This document shows positions 8,350 to 33,902 of a stretch of DNA of 64,000 nt, piece after piece. The stretch lies in IMG/VR virus record IMGVR_UViG_3300037067_012588; one strand, given 5' to 3'. Both the position numbers and the translations under genes were made by a program. Numbering within the stretch: position 1 is the stretch's first letter; each line of letters begins with the position of its first letter. The notes under the pieces were generated by a model, which saw only the letters and a list, made by a program, of their open reading frames with translations, searched no databases and was not told where the DNA came from. Source of the DNA: a virus. Taxonomy: Duplodnaviria > Caudoviricetes.

Positions 8350-9609
8350 CTACGCTTCCTTGAGACAACCATCAATCCTCTTTCCAACCCACGCAGCACA
8401 TGGAACCGCCCAACTATTCCCAAGGGCTTTATATCTCGGACCATCTGAACAACTGTCTGCAGTCTTACCATTATAGGGTACTTTGGTGTAATTATCTGGA
8501 AACCCTTGAAGACGCTCACATTCAACTGGTGTCAACCTCCGAATATATGTTTCTTTGGCTATATAGTTTTGCTGCTTCATTCCGCCTTCGGCAGATATAC
8601 ACCCAGCAATATCGCCATCTCCGCCAACAAACCTAACCTCATCTCGTGAGTTTTGGACAAAACAAACTCCACTTGGTCTGCTTGGACGATTTTCACCTTC
8701 TGCCCTCAGTGTCCCAGAAACAGTGTCCTCCACCCAATAGCCCTTTCCTGACTCACGAATAAAAGCAACACCGTGAACACAAGCCGATGTTATTGTTTGT
8801 GATGGGTCTTTGTCTTCACCAACACCAACTCCCTGTCTGTTTGTTGCATCTCTCTTTTCTGGGTCACGAATCGCATTCCTCATGTCAATTGGGAAGCAAC
8901 TGACTCCAATAACTTTTTCAGAGCTTCTGGCAACGCCTTTCCTCTCGATTCCGCTCGTTTCAGAATCCCTTGACAGGCTTTTGGACTCAAAGAGTATTTC
9001 AGCGGGACAGAATCTTTCTCTAGCACTTGCGACAAGGAAACAACGTCGCCGTCGTTGGGCGACTCCGAAGTATTGAGCGTTGAGAGTTCTCCAACCAATG
9101 GCTCTTTGTTTGCCAAACACAATACCAGCGTTTGTCCATTTTCCCCCTGCTGGTTGAAGTGGCTCTTCTTCCCCAGACAACCCAGCAAGGAAGTTACCAA
9201 AGGCGTTTGTTTTGTCACTGTAGACTCCTGGAACATTCTCCCACATAATAACGCAGGGCTTCTTGCCCTGACGCTGGCGCACATCATCAATGGCGTTTGC
9301 TATCTTGATAAACGTCAAGGTCAACTGACCCCTCGGGTCATTCAGTCCCTTCCTGAGTCCGCTCACACTGAAACCCTGACAAGGCGTGCCACCAACTAGA
9401 ACATCTGGAGCCTCAACCTCTCCGCTGGATATTCTCTCTGGAAGCCTTGTCATATCTCCAAGGTTAGGAGTATCTGGGTAATGAAACGCCAACACAGCGT
9501 TCGGAAACGCTTCTATCTCACTCAACCAAGAAGTCTTCCATCCAAGAGGATGAAAGGCTACTGATGCCGCCTCTATGCCGCTACAAACGGAACCAAACGT
9601 TACAGACAT
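8350..9609 (-). CDS. DNA (cytosine-5)-methyltransferase
   Basis: Motifs I (FGSVCSGIEA), IV (GGTPCQGFS), VI (ENVPG), VIII (QRRRRCF), IX (RRLTPVECERLQGFPD) and X (YKALGNS). ATG at 9609 follows AGAGG. Confidence 0.95.
   Translation of the reverse strand: MSVTFGSVCSGIEAASVAFHPLGWKTSWLSEIEAFPNAVLAFHYPDTPNLGDMTRLPERISSGEVEAPDVLVGGTPCQGFSVSGLRKGLNDPRGQLTLTFIKIANAIDDVRQRQGKKPCVIMWENVPGVYSDKTNAFGNFLAGLSGEEEPLQPAGGKWTNAGIVFGKQRAIGWRTLNAQYFGVAQRRRRCFLVASARERFCPAEILFESKSLSRDSETSGIERKGVARSSEKVIGVSCFPIDMRNAIRDPEKRDATNRQGVGVGEDKDPSQTITSACVHGVAFIRESGKGYWVEDTVSGTLRAEGENRPSRPSGVCFVQNSRDEVRFVGGDGDIAGCISAEGGMKQQNYIAKETYIRRLTPVECERLQGFPDNYTKVPYNGKTADSCSDGPRYKALGNSWAVPCAAWVGKRIDGCLKEA
8880..9290 (-). CDS. Overprinted alternative-frame ORF resembling the N-terminal part of the M.EcoHK31I beta polypeptide
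   Basis: 136-aa ORF inside the C5 MTase, same strand, different frame. NTSESPNDGDVVSLSQVLE...YSLSPKACQGILKRAESRGKALPEAL matches my recollection of the beta subunit; not verified by search. Confidence 0.6.
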   Translation of the reverse strand: MMMCASVRARSPALLCGRMFQESTVTKQTPLVTSLLGCLGKKSHFNQQGENGQTLVLCLANKEPLVGELSTLNTSESPNDGDVVSLSQVLEKDSVPLKYSLSPKACQGILKRAESRGKALPEALKKLLESVASQLT

Positions 9610-9620
9610 TACAACCTCTT

Positions 9621-10262
9621 CTACTCTGCCAAATGCCAACGCTTTGGAATGAAATACTGCTCAATAAAAGAATCACCTTCTCGCTGACCAGCAAGATTCA
9701 AAGTTGGAGCATAAATCTTGATGTCGCCAAGCCTCGTATGACTTTGCCAAAAAAGCTCATCTGCACCTTTTCCCTGTGCCATCATATGTCCCCAACGCAA
9801 CAAAACGTTGTCGAAAACACGACTCGAAAAGGCACAGCAATTCAAACAGAAGTTCTCGTATATCTGGACAATCTTAAACTCTGTATTCGGGTCGTAATGA
9901 CGAACAGCATCCGTCTCGTAATAGATGTTCCGATAGAAATAAAAAACATCCCACGGATTGTTGTTTAGAAAATCTTTCGCAGTCTCCCAGTGATTCCAAA
10001 ATCCAGGTGCGAACTCATTGTCATCTTCCATAATCAGGACGTTTTTGAGATTCCGACTCTTAGCATCCTCCATAATCGAAATCAATGTTTTCAACAGACT
10101 TACCTGCCGAGCCCTCCTTGAATTGTCTGTTGCAGGAATGGACTGAACACGATGCGCTTGCATACCCATACGAAGCAACTCGGCTTCCATCAAAGCACGA
10201 CGTTTTGTTGCCTCTTCCAGATTCACATAATACGCATCATCAAAATATCCAAGAACGCTCAT
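9621..10262 (-). CDS. GT25-like glycosyltransferase
   Basis: YYVNLEEATKRR start and NVLIMEDD...WDVFYF signature. Confidence 0.8.
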   Translation of the reverse strand: MSVLGYFDDAYYVNLEEATKRRALMEAELLRMGMQAHRVQSIPATDNSRRARQVSLLKTLISIMEDAKSRNLKNVLIMEDDNEFAPGFWNHWETAKDFLNNNPWDVFYFYRNIYYETDAVRHYDPNTEFKIVQIYENFCLNCCAFSSRVFDNVLLRWGHMMAQGKGADELFWQSHTRLGDIKIYAPTLNLAGQREGDSFIEQYFIPKRWHLAE

Positions 10263-10272
10263 TTTCAGCCCC

Positions 10273-11061
10273 TTATTTCTTCAAAGAATCCAACCACCTT
10301 GCCACATAATCTTCATCGTAAGCCCCACGGATAGAAATCACCCCAACACGTTTATCTCTTGTATACGTCGACAAACGATGCGAGTTTTCCAAATACAACG
10401 TCCTGTCAGGATACATGGACAAGGCAATCGTCAGTGGACCAGAAGCAACCCCAATAAATCCACGGCAACGCTGAAGCAAACCAATAAGACTCGGAACAGA
10501 AGCCTTACACCCACGAACAGTATTTGTCACAAAATCATATTTCTTATTTACAGGATTGTGGAAAATATGCTGGTAGTGAACCTCAAGCGGAACAAAACCT
10601 GCCTCCAATACCTGTTGCCAAAGTTTACGGGCATGATCTTCTGGACAATTCACTGTTCCAGGCAAAGCCGTTGAGTTGAAATGAAGCGCAACAATCGGAC
10701 TGTTGACAATTGGCATCTTCGCAAACTCACGCTCAATAAGAGAAGGCTCAATACCAATTTCCTGAACACAACAATACTCCGTCTTTGTCCAATCAGGAGT
10801 ATGTTCTGACATCGGATAATTGATTGAGAAAACAAGATCATATTGAGACTCATCCCATGTAACTTTACCGAAAATATCTTCCTGCCCGTTCTCAACGTAA
10901 AGATTAAAATTTACATTCGGATAAGCTTTTTTCAAAGCCTCAAACGCTGGATAAAACATCACAGTATCACCAAGACCATGACCAAACAGAATCATGACCT
11001 TTGCACCATCAAATAAATACTCAACCAACTTCTTATTTGTGTATTCTGTAATCGCTGCCAT
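10273..11061 (-). CDS. GT9-like glycosyltransferase
   Basis: HGLGDTVMFYPAFEALKKAYP and GFIGVASGPLTIA motifs. ATG at 11061 lies 1 nt after the upstream TGA. Confidence 0.75.
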   Translation of the reverse strand: MAAITEYTNKKLVEYLFDGAKVMILFGHGLGDTVMFYPAFEALKKAYPNVNFNLYVENGQEDIFGKVTWDESQYDLVFSINYPMSEHTPDWTKTEYCCVQEIGIEPSLIEREFAKMPIVNSPIVALHFNSTALPGTVNCPEDHARKLWQQVLEAGFVPLEVHYQHIFHNPVNKKYDFVTNTVRGCKASVPSLIGLLQRCRGFIGVASGPLTIALSMYPDRTLYLENSHRLSTYTRDKRVGVISIRGAYDEDYVARWLDSLKK

Positions 11062-11062
11062 C

Positions 11063-12079
11063 TCAAGCCTGACCCTTCTCAACCTCGAATTCCAGGTTGT
11101 CCATATACCGACGAATGTGCATCGAAACTTCCTCTGGCGTAATCATCGCCATACACTTTGCAACCCATTGCTCCCCAACCTGAACAGGCATATGACAAAG
11201 CTCATCATCCTTCCTGTCACCATCGTTCAACTTCACCACCCTCGACTTCCAACACCCTCCCATATCACAGCACGCCAACTGCCCGCATGTATGAAGAAAC
11301 TGTTGATTTGGACCTTGCTGCCAGTGATTCGGCTCCCTGCCACCAGACACGACCACACATGCTCTGGACTTCCTATTGAACCTTGGATGGGCAGGAACGG
11401 CATAACCAAGAATCATAGCCATACTGCAAGGAGTTAAGACTCCAAAAGAATTGTAAACAAGACGAATCATCTGACGTAAATCCGTCTGCCCAATCATGTT
11501 GATAACATTGTCACCCTTGAGGTCCGCATGAACGTGATGAGGGTGCTTAGCTCCAACTTGGACGAACGTGACATCCTTATTCATGTCAATCACCCGCTGA
11601 TAATAATCAAACGCCCACTGCTTTGCCGTATAATCGATTTTGTATCCAGCATTCACAACCCAATAAGGAATATCTGCCCCAACAATCTGCCTAACACCAG
11701 AGAACCACCACTTTTCTTCATCACGGATATGAATGAAACCATGCCAAGGAGCAGGGTCGATATGAACCTTGAGCGCAGCCATCATGTCGTAAAGAAACCC
11801 AGTTACGAAATGATATGGAAACTGATTGCTCTTGTGAATCGTTTCGTAACCTAGCTCATAAATCTCAACACTCTTGTCGTTCTCATCAAGTGATGTGATG
11901 TATGGAGCACCTTCAAACAACTGACCATAAGGACAACGAATATCTGTCAGAAATTTCCCAGGATAGGTCATATGCAGCGATAACATGGCATGAACAAGCA
12001 TCACACCATCACCTGGACTTTGACCATTCCTGAAAATAACCTTACGAACAGCTTTTGACTCTTCCGTCATGAGAATCAC
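11063..12079 (-). CDS. GT9-like (ADP-heptose:LPS heptosyltransferase family) glycosyltransferase
   Basis: QSPGDGVML...YP, AKQW, FVQVG and NMIGQTDLRQMIRLV motifs; Cys-rich C-terminal CC...GGCW. Confidence 0.75.
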   Translation of the reverse strand: MILMTEESKAVRKVIFRNGQSPGDGVMLVHAMLSLHMTYPGKFLTDIRCPYGQLFEGAPYITSLDENDKSVEIYELGYETIHKSNQFPYHFVTGFLYDMMAALKVHIDPAPWHGFIHIRDEEKWWFSGVRQIVGADIPYWVVNAGYKIDYTAKQWAFDYYQRVIDMNKDVTFVQVGAKHPHHVHADLKGDNVINMIGQTDLRQMIRLVYNSFGVLTPCSMAMILGYAVPAHPRFNRKSRACVVVSGGREPNHWQQGPNQQFLHTCGQLACCDMGGCWKSRVVKLNDGDRKDDELCHMPVQVGEQWVAKCMAMITPEEVSMHIRRYMDNLEFEVEKGQA

Positions 12080-12087
12080 CTTTCATA

Positions 12088-12618
12088 TTATCCATCAGTC
12101 TTTTTCTGAGGAACCGTATCTTTGAAAAATGGGCACTTTTCCTGAGTGCATTCAGGCTCAATGAGAAACTTCTTGGACGAATCGTGTTCTGGCGAGCAAC
12201 AATAGATACGAGAAACAACACCCCAGAACTTGGCCCGAAGCCTTTGAGGTGACTTCTGCATATAAACACAAGGAACCCGAAATCCTTTTGGAAAGAATGC
12301 CTCAACAATCGTGTTTAACCATTCGACAGCCTCTCCAGTTACAACAGAGCGAAGATTCCGAATCGCATCCGGAACCTTCGCCATTTTTTCCATGTTTGCT
12401 TTTGTTTCATCTGAGAATGCTACCGATGGAACTATCGCAGCATTGACTGGCACCGCCTGTGCGCCTGTGGTTAAAGGGATTCCGTGTGGACATGGAAAAT
12501 CGATTTGTTCGACATACCCGTTACGGAAAAACTCCTCTCGACGCCTTCTTGAGTTCCTACATTCTATGCATTGGGTAAACCCATCGCATACATTTTCTTG
12601 GAGAATTTTCACATCCAT
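12088..12618 (-). CDS. Cys-rich hypothetical protein
   Basis: 176 aa with CIEC...CPHG and C...CC...C...CP clusters; directly downstream of the giant gene. Confidence 0.65.
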   Translation of the reverse strand: MDVKILQENVCDGFTQCIECRNSRRRREEFFRNGYVEQIDFPCPHGIPLTTGAQAVPVNAAIVPSVAFSDETKANMEKMAKVPDAIRNLRSVVTGEAVEWLNTIVEAFFPKGFRVPCVYMQKSPQRLRAKFWGVVSRIYCCSPEHDSSKKFLIEPECTQEKCPFFKDTVPQKKTDG

Positions 12619-12687
12619 CGTAAAATCCTAGCTTTTCATATTGTCAGGACACAAACATCCCGATACCAACAGCTACCTATAAAGTTT

Positions 12688-29217
<16,530 letters not shown>

Positions 29218-29317
29218 ATTCCCTCGCCCACTATAGGACACAGAAGAGACAATGCTTCTACCCTTGTCACTTCATCAAGATTTTATACGAAGTTGACAGG
29301 GTGTCCCGACAAGTTTT

Positions 29318-31276
29318 TTAGGAATATCTGCTAATAACCTCCGGAGCAGGGATGTAATGAAGCACTCTACCACCAAGAATATACGCAACATTGTCCTCAT
29401 AGCACGACCTACGCCCAGGACCTGTTCCGAAAATACCCGTCGCTTGACGCCAAGTCATGTTGTTCAAGTTCAACTCCCAACAATCTCCACGGTCTCCACT
29501 ACCAGAGCAGATGAACATTTGGTTTCTCCATCCAAAAACCTCATGAGCATATCTGCTTCCCGATGGCTTTGAACCAGTCGCATCCGCATATGGGGTAATG
29601 GTTTCCCATGTATCTGACAAGATGTTGTAGACAAAAATATTATCAGAATATGAACCAGATGCATCTGCTCCAAACGAATGATAAATCTTGTTGTTATAGG
29701 CAAAAGCTCCATGTCCATAACACATACGAGGACCATCGGCGAGCTTCGTCCACTTCATCGATGTGCAGTCAAACGCCCACATGCGAGCAAGACAATTGCT
29801 TGATCCAGTATTTGCCTCATACCCACCATGAACATAAACAACGCCATTCCACAAAACCGATGAATGGAAAATAGAACCACCAGGCATCATCGGGAGGAAA
29901 GCCCACTGATGCGTGTTCAAATCGAAAATACGAATCGTCAGAGTTGGACGACTGCCGTTTCCTGAACCACCAAACATGAAAATTTTGTCATTGAAAGCGT
30001 GCATCGTACCCCACTCGCAATTATCTGCACCGTTTGCAACGACCTTGGTCTTCTTAGTATTTGTGTCAAACTCATACAGAGTACAATCTTGAAACAAACC
30101 ACCTGACCATTCAGTGTTATATCTCGATGTTCCACGACCACCCATGACGTAAATCTTGCCCTTATAAGCACACATCTGATGATTTGAACGACTTCCCCAT
30201 ACACGCTCTTCCTGTGTAATGGCGTAATAACGATCTTCGTCAATTTCGAGATACTCAATCATCGAACGTCCATATCCAACATTCATTCCAAACTGATAGA
30301 TACGTCCGTTGAAATAGGATGCTGCTATTTCTCCACCACTCTCATAATTCGCACAACCTGTAAGCCAAACTTTTGTCGTCATGTTCATCATCAAGTGATT
30401 TCCACTTCCAACAAAATAAACCTTACCATCATCATGCATCGCAGCAACAGCATTTGACCTTGTCGTTGTAGCACCTATGGATGTCCATTTTGTTCCAGCA
30501 GATGCTGGATCATATTCCCAACATTCTGCCAGCCCCGAACCCCCAGAGTTTGTTCCAAATGCCATATAAAACTTGTTGTTATATCCCCACGATGAATGAT
30601 CTCGCCTGTTACTTGGAAAAACTGATCCATTGTCGAGTCCAGACCACAAATCTGTCAACGGATCATACTGCCAAATAGAACCCAGCGTTGTTCCTGTCTC
30701 ATCAATACCGCCATAAACCAAAATCTTTCCGTTAACGACAACAAGATTCCTCCCACAACGATGACGAGCAGGACACGATGAACCAACACCTCGCTGAATC
30801 CAATCTCCAGTTATCAAATCATAAGACCAAAGATCACTCAACGCAGACGAATTATATCCACCGAAAATCCACATCTTGTTGTCGTAAACACAAGCAGCAT
30901 GATGATAGCGAGCAGTAATGGGTTGAATACCAACTTCTGTAATAGACCCATCATTCGTATCGAACACCCACATACGATTCGTTGGGGCATTGTCCGCATA
31001 GAAGTTTGAACGGATAAGACCTCCAAAAATGTAAATCTTTCCGTTATAAGTCACAGCAGAAGAGTTTGAAATCAATGGAAGACACCAGAACTCAGTCCAT
31101 GATGTTTCAAGCGTACCCTCCATTCTTCCATCGATATTCTTCGAAGGCATTGGCCACTTTACTGCAGGCATATTCGCATCTGCAGTCTTGCAGAAATCAT
31201 TAGAAGCTTGGAAAAGATTTGTTGGAATCTTCCGCTGTGTCACCGAGACTGGAAAACCTGAAAATCCTACTGGCAT
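29318..31276 (-). CDS. Kelch-repeat protein (probably two beta-propellers)
   Basis: Repeated KIYIFGG...W.YD..T..W units throughout; AGGAG SD. Confidence 0.9.
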   Translation of the reverse strand: MPVGFSGFPVSVTQRKIPTNLFQASNDFCKTADANMPAVKWPMPSKNIDGRMEGTLETSWTEFWCLPLISNSSAVTYNGKIYIFGGLIRSNFYADNAPTNRMWVFDTNDGSITEVGIQPITARYHHAACVYDNKMWIFGGYNSSALSDLWSYDLITGDWIQRGVGSSCPARHRCGRNLVVVNGKILVYGGIDETGTTLGSIWQYDPLTDLWSGLDNGSVFPSNRRDHSSWGYNNKFYMAFGTNSGGSGLAECWEYDPASAGTKWTSIGATTTRSNAVAAMHDDGKVYFVGSGNHLMMNMTTKVWLTGCANYESGGEIAASYFNGRIYQFGMNVGYGRSMIEYLEIDEDRYYAITQEERVWGSRSNHQMCAYKGKIYVMGGRGTSRYNTEWSGGLFQDCTLYEFDTNTKKTKVVANGADNCEWGTMHAFNDKIFMFGGSGNGSRPTLTIRIFDLNTHQWAFLPMMPGGSIFHSSVLWNGVVYVHGGYEANTGSSNCLARMWAFDCTSMKWTKLADGPRMCYGHGAFAYNNKIYHSFGADASGSYSDNIFVYNILSDTWETITPYADATGSKPSGSRYAHEVFGWRNQMFICSGSGDRGDCWELNLNNMTWRQATGIFGTGPGRRSCYEDNVAYILGGRVLHYIPAPEVISRYS

Positions 31277-31293
31277 CGTAAGCTCCTTTTAAT

Positions 31294-33351
31294 TTACATG
31301 TAACAAGTCATCGGTTCTGGCGAAGGCCAATATGAAACATTGTTCGGTCCGCCAACCATATATCCACGACCAGTCTCAGGGTCACAAGCCGCCTTTACGC
31401 CACGGCAATCACCTCGTGGACTATCTTGACCGCCACGAACCCAAGTCATCGTCACAAGGTCAACATACCAAACGTCTCCCCTGTTTGTTCCTTCACCAGC
31501 CGTGATAAACCAATATTGCCCACGACCCCATGATGCGAAGTTATACATCGAATTCGAAGGACGCCCAGCAACACCCGTAGAAATTGTCACAGAAGACCAT
31601 GAATTCGTCACAAAATCATAGACATACATCAAATCCGAATAAACAGTGCTTTCGTTATATCCAAACAAGACATACATCTTATCTCCAAACACATAAGCCT
31701 CATGTCCACGAGTCCTACGAGAAGAAGCTGCCAACTCAACCCATGTATCCAATGACGGGTCATATTTCCATAGTCTATTTTGGACACCTGAATCTCCATC
31801 GGTTACTCCACCAAAGACATAAAGGCAACCCTTATAGACAACAGTCGAATGAGACTGTAATCCAATTGGCATTGGACTGGCATATGTCCATTCCTTTGTT
31901 ATCGTATCCAAAACAGAAACACGATTGAGAGAATAAGCAGTATCTGTTCCACCAACGATATAAATCTTCGTTCCAATGAAATTTGCCGTAGCCAAACGTC
32001 GAACACTGTTTTCAAAGCCAACATATCGTGTTGACTGATTATCAATGTTTGCCTCCCACACTGTTCCCTGTTGGTTCCAGTTGTTCTCATAGCTCTGATT
32101 CGGCGAGGCAACTCCGCCTGTTACATAAACACAACGATTATTGAAAGCCATAGCATGTTGAGTTCTCCCTGTGAAACACGCCTCGTTTCCACAAAGATTG
32201 ACAACCTTTTCCGTTTCAATGTTGAAATACGAAATCGTATCCCGATAAAGCTCTGCACCGTTGTATGAATACCAACCACCAAACGAATAGATTTTGTTCC
32301 CAACCAAGCAAGTAACTTGGCATCCAGCATCAACCTTTGGAATTCCATATGACCATGATGAGGAAACGGTATTGTATTTGTATGTCGACTCAGATGGATT
32401 CGAGTTTCCTGTGGCACCCATAAAATAGATGTCTTTCCCATTTGCTGTATCTACAACCTCTGCTTTCGAATAATTCTTGTTATAAGCAGGAGAAGAAAGT
32501 TGAGTCCATGTGCTTGTTGATGTATTGAATGACCACATCGGCGAAGCGGAACCCAAAGCAATATAGAGAGAACCATTGTTTTCCCACATGGCATGGTCAT
32601 ATCGAGCGGTCGGGAATGTTGCTCCCTGACTCACAGAGTTTGACCAAACATCAGTCGCAGGGTCATAGACAGACAAAATACCAAGAGCCGTATCGCTCTG
32701 ATCTTGCCCACCCCAAACATAGAACTTGTTGTCAATAACAACAAGCTTCCAACCAAAATGCTTTCTCGGAGTTATCGTTGAGCTTTTTGCCTTACGCTCC
32801 CACTTGCCAGTTGCAAACTCATACGACCAGAGATCATCAAGAGTTCTCGTTTGACCTTGTCCTCCAAAAATCCACATCTTGCCGCCCCAAACACACGAGC
32901 CATGATATCCACGAGCAGGCGGAACTTGGTCGCCCATGTCTCGAATTGTGTTTGTCTCGATGTCGTATTCCCACATACGACGCCAATAGTTATCACCAAA
33001 CCATGTCGAACGACGTTTTCCGCCGTAGACATATATTTTTCCATTATAGTGTTCTGCTGTTCCCAACCCAAACAAAGGAAGAGTCCAATGAGTGTTCGAA
33101 CCAGGAATGAAATTACGAGGATGTTGACGAACAATGTCAGCTTTTCGTCCTTCATAGTAATTGACCTGATAATCCATGATATTCATACCAGACAGGGTAC
33201 GCATATCTTGGGGTGTGTTTATTGGCCAAGCGTCTTTTGTTGAGAAAAACATCTGAGACGGAACAACGCTTGAAGCCGACTGCACAGTGATACCTTGAGC
33301 ATATCTCCGTGCAGAAATTGAAACTGGAAACCCTGAAAATCCGACTGACAT
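31294..33351 (-). CDS. Kelch-repeat protein, paralog of 29318..31276
   Basis: Same repeats. ATG at 33351 follows GAGGAGGA and gives MSVGFSGFPVS versus MPVGFSGFPVS in the paralog. Confidence 0.9.
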   Translation of the reverse strand: MSVGFSGFPVSISARRYAQGITVQSASSVVPSQMFFSTKDAWPINTPQDMRTLSGMNIMDYQVNYYEGRKADIVRQHPRNFIPGSNTHWTLPLFGLGTAEHYNGKIYVYGGKRRSTWFGDNYWRRMWEYDIETNTIRDMGDQVPPARGYHGSCVWGGKMWIFGGQGQTRTLDDLWSYEFATGKWERKAKSSTITPRKHFGWKLVVIDNKFYVWGGQDQSDTALGILSVYDPATDVWSNSVSQGATFPTARYDHAMWENNGSLYIALGSASPMWSFNTSTSTWTQLSSPAYNKNYSKAEVVDTANGKDIYFMGATGNSNPSESTYKYNTVSSSWSYGIPKVDAGCQVTCLVGNKIYSFGGWYSYNGAELYRDTISYFNIETEKVVNLCGNEACFTGRTQHAMAFNNRCVYVTGGVASPNQSYENNWNQQGTVWEANIDNQSTRYVGFENSVRRLATANFIGTKIYIVGGTDTAYSLNRVSVLDTITKEWTYASPMPIGLQSHSTVVYKGCLYVFGGVTDGDSGVQNRLWKYDPSLDTWVELAASSRRTRGHEAYVFGDKMYVLFGYNESTVYSDLMYVYDFVTNSWSSVTISTGVAGRPSNSMYNFASWGRGQYWFITAGEGTNRGDVWYVDLVTMTWVRGGQDSPRGDCRGVKAACDPETGRGYMVGGPNNVSYWPSPEPMTCYM

Positions 33352-33383
33352 GCGAAGTCCTCCTCGACGAGACAAACCAGACT

Positions 33384-33407
33384 GGGGGGCGGGATATTCC
33401 GCCCCCC
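33384..33407 (-). other. GC-rich intergenic stem-loop (weak terminator or mRNA processing/stability element)
   Basis: GGGGGGCGG-N6-CCGCCCCCC perfect 9-bp stem; no clean U-tract follows. Confidence 0.5.
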
Positions 33408-33426
33408 GTCTCATGTGAAATCTTTG

Positions 33427-33828
33427 TTACGAATACAAACCACCGAAAGCCGTGATGTGGAAAGTTTCGCTGTTGTGCGTCGAAGCACGAAGGACAACAT
33501 TCATAGGAAGCATGATTCCGTTCGGAAGCATATCCAAAGTCTGAGAAAATGCCTTCACCGAAGCACCAGGAACAGCGGCATCGACTCGAACTTCGCTGAT
33601 CAGTGTGTGAAGATCAGCGACAGGGTCATAGATAAACAATCGAACCATACCAGCCGACGTTGTTCCTGCCGCCTGAACAACAACCTTGTCAACACGAGTC
33701 CCATCTGACGCACCAGAGACAACATCATACAACTGTCCAGTTCCGTTCAGATTCGTGTTTCCAGTGGTCATCACAACTTGACCAACAGCACCCTTCAACG
33801 CATAAATTGGAGCGGTATTAGCAGCCAT
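33427..33828 (-). CDS. Small all-beta phage virion protein
   Basis: 133 aa, GGAGGAG SD. GTRVDKVVVQAAGTTSAGMVRLFI is a pattern I recognise from tail-region proteins (unverified). Confidence 0.65.
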   Translation of the reverse strand: MAANTAPIYALKGAVGQVVMTTGNTNLNGTGQLYDVVSGASDGTRVDKVVVQAAGTTSAGMVRLFIYDPVADLHTLISEVRVDAAVPGASVKAFSQTLDMLPNGIMLPMNVVLRASTHNSETFHITAFGGLYS

Positions 33829-33902
33829 TGTAACTCCTCCTCGTAAACAAAAAACCAGTCAATAGGTCTCACGACCTCACATTACAGATAGCCATAAAAT
33901 AA

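Noticed and set aside
33352-33414. Longer ORF-track starts (for example 33414, 29241, 61828, 9639, 7850, 7248, 5607, 4900)
   Set aside because: Downstream starts have better SD motifs, avoid long overlaps or hairpins, and match paralog N-termini.
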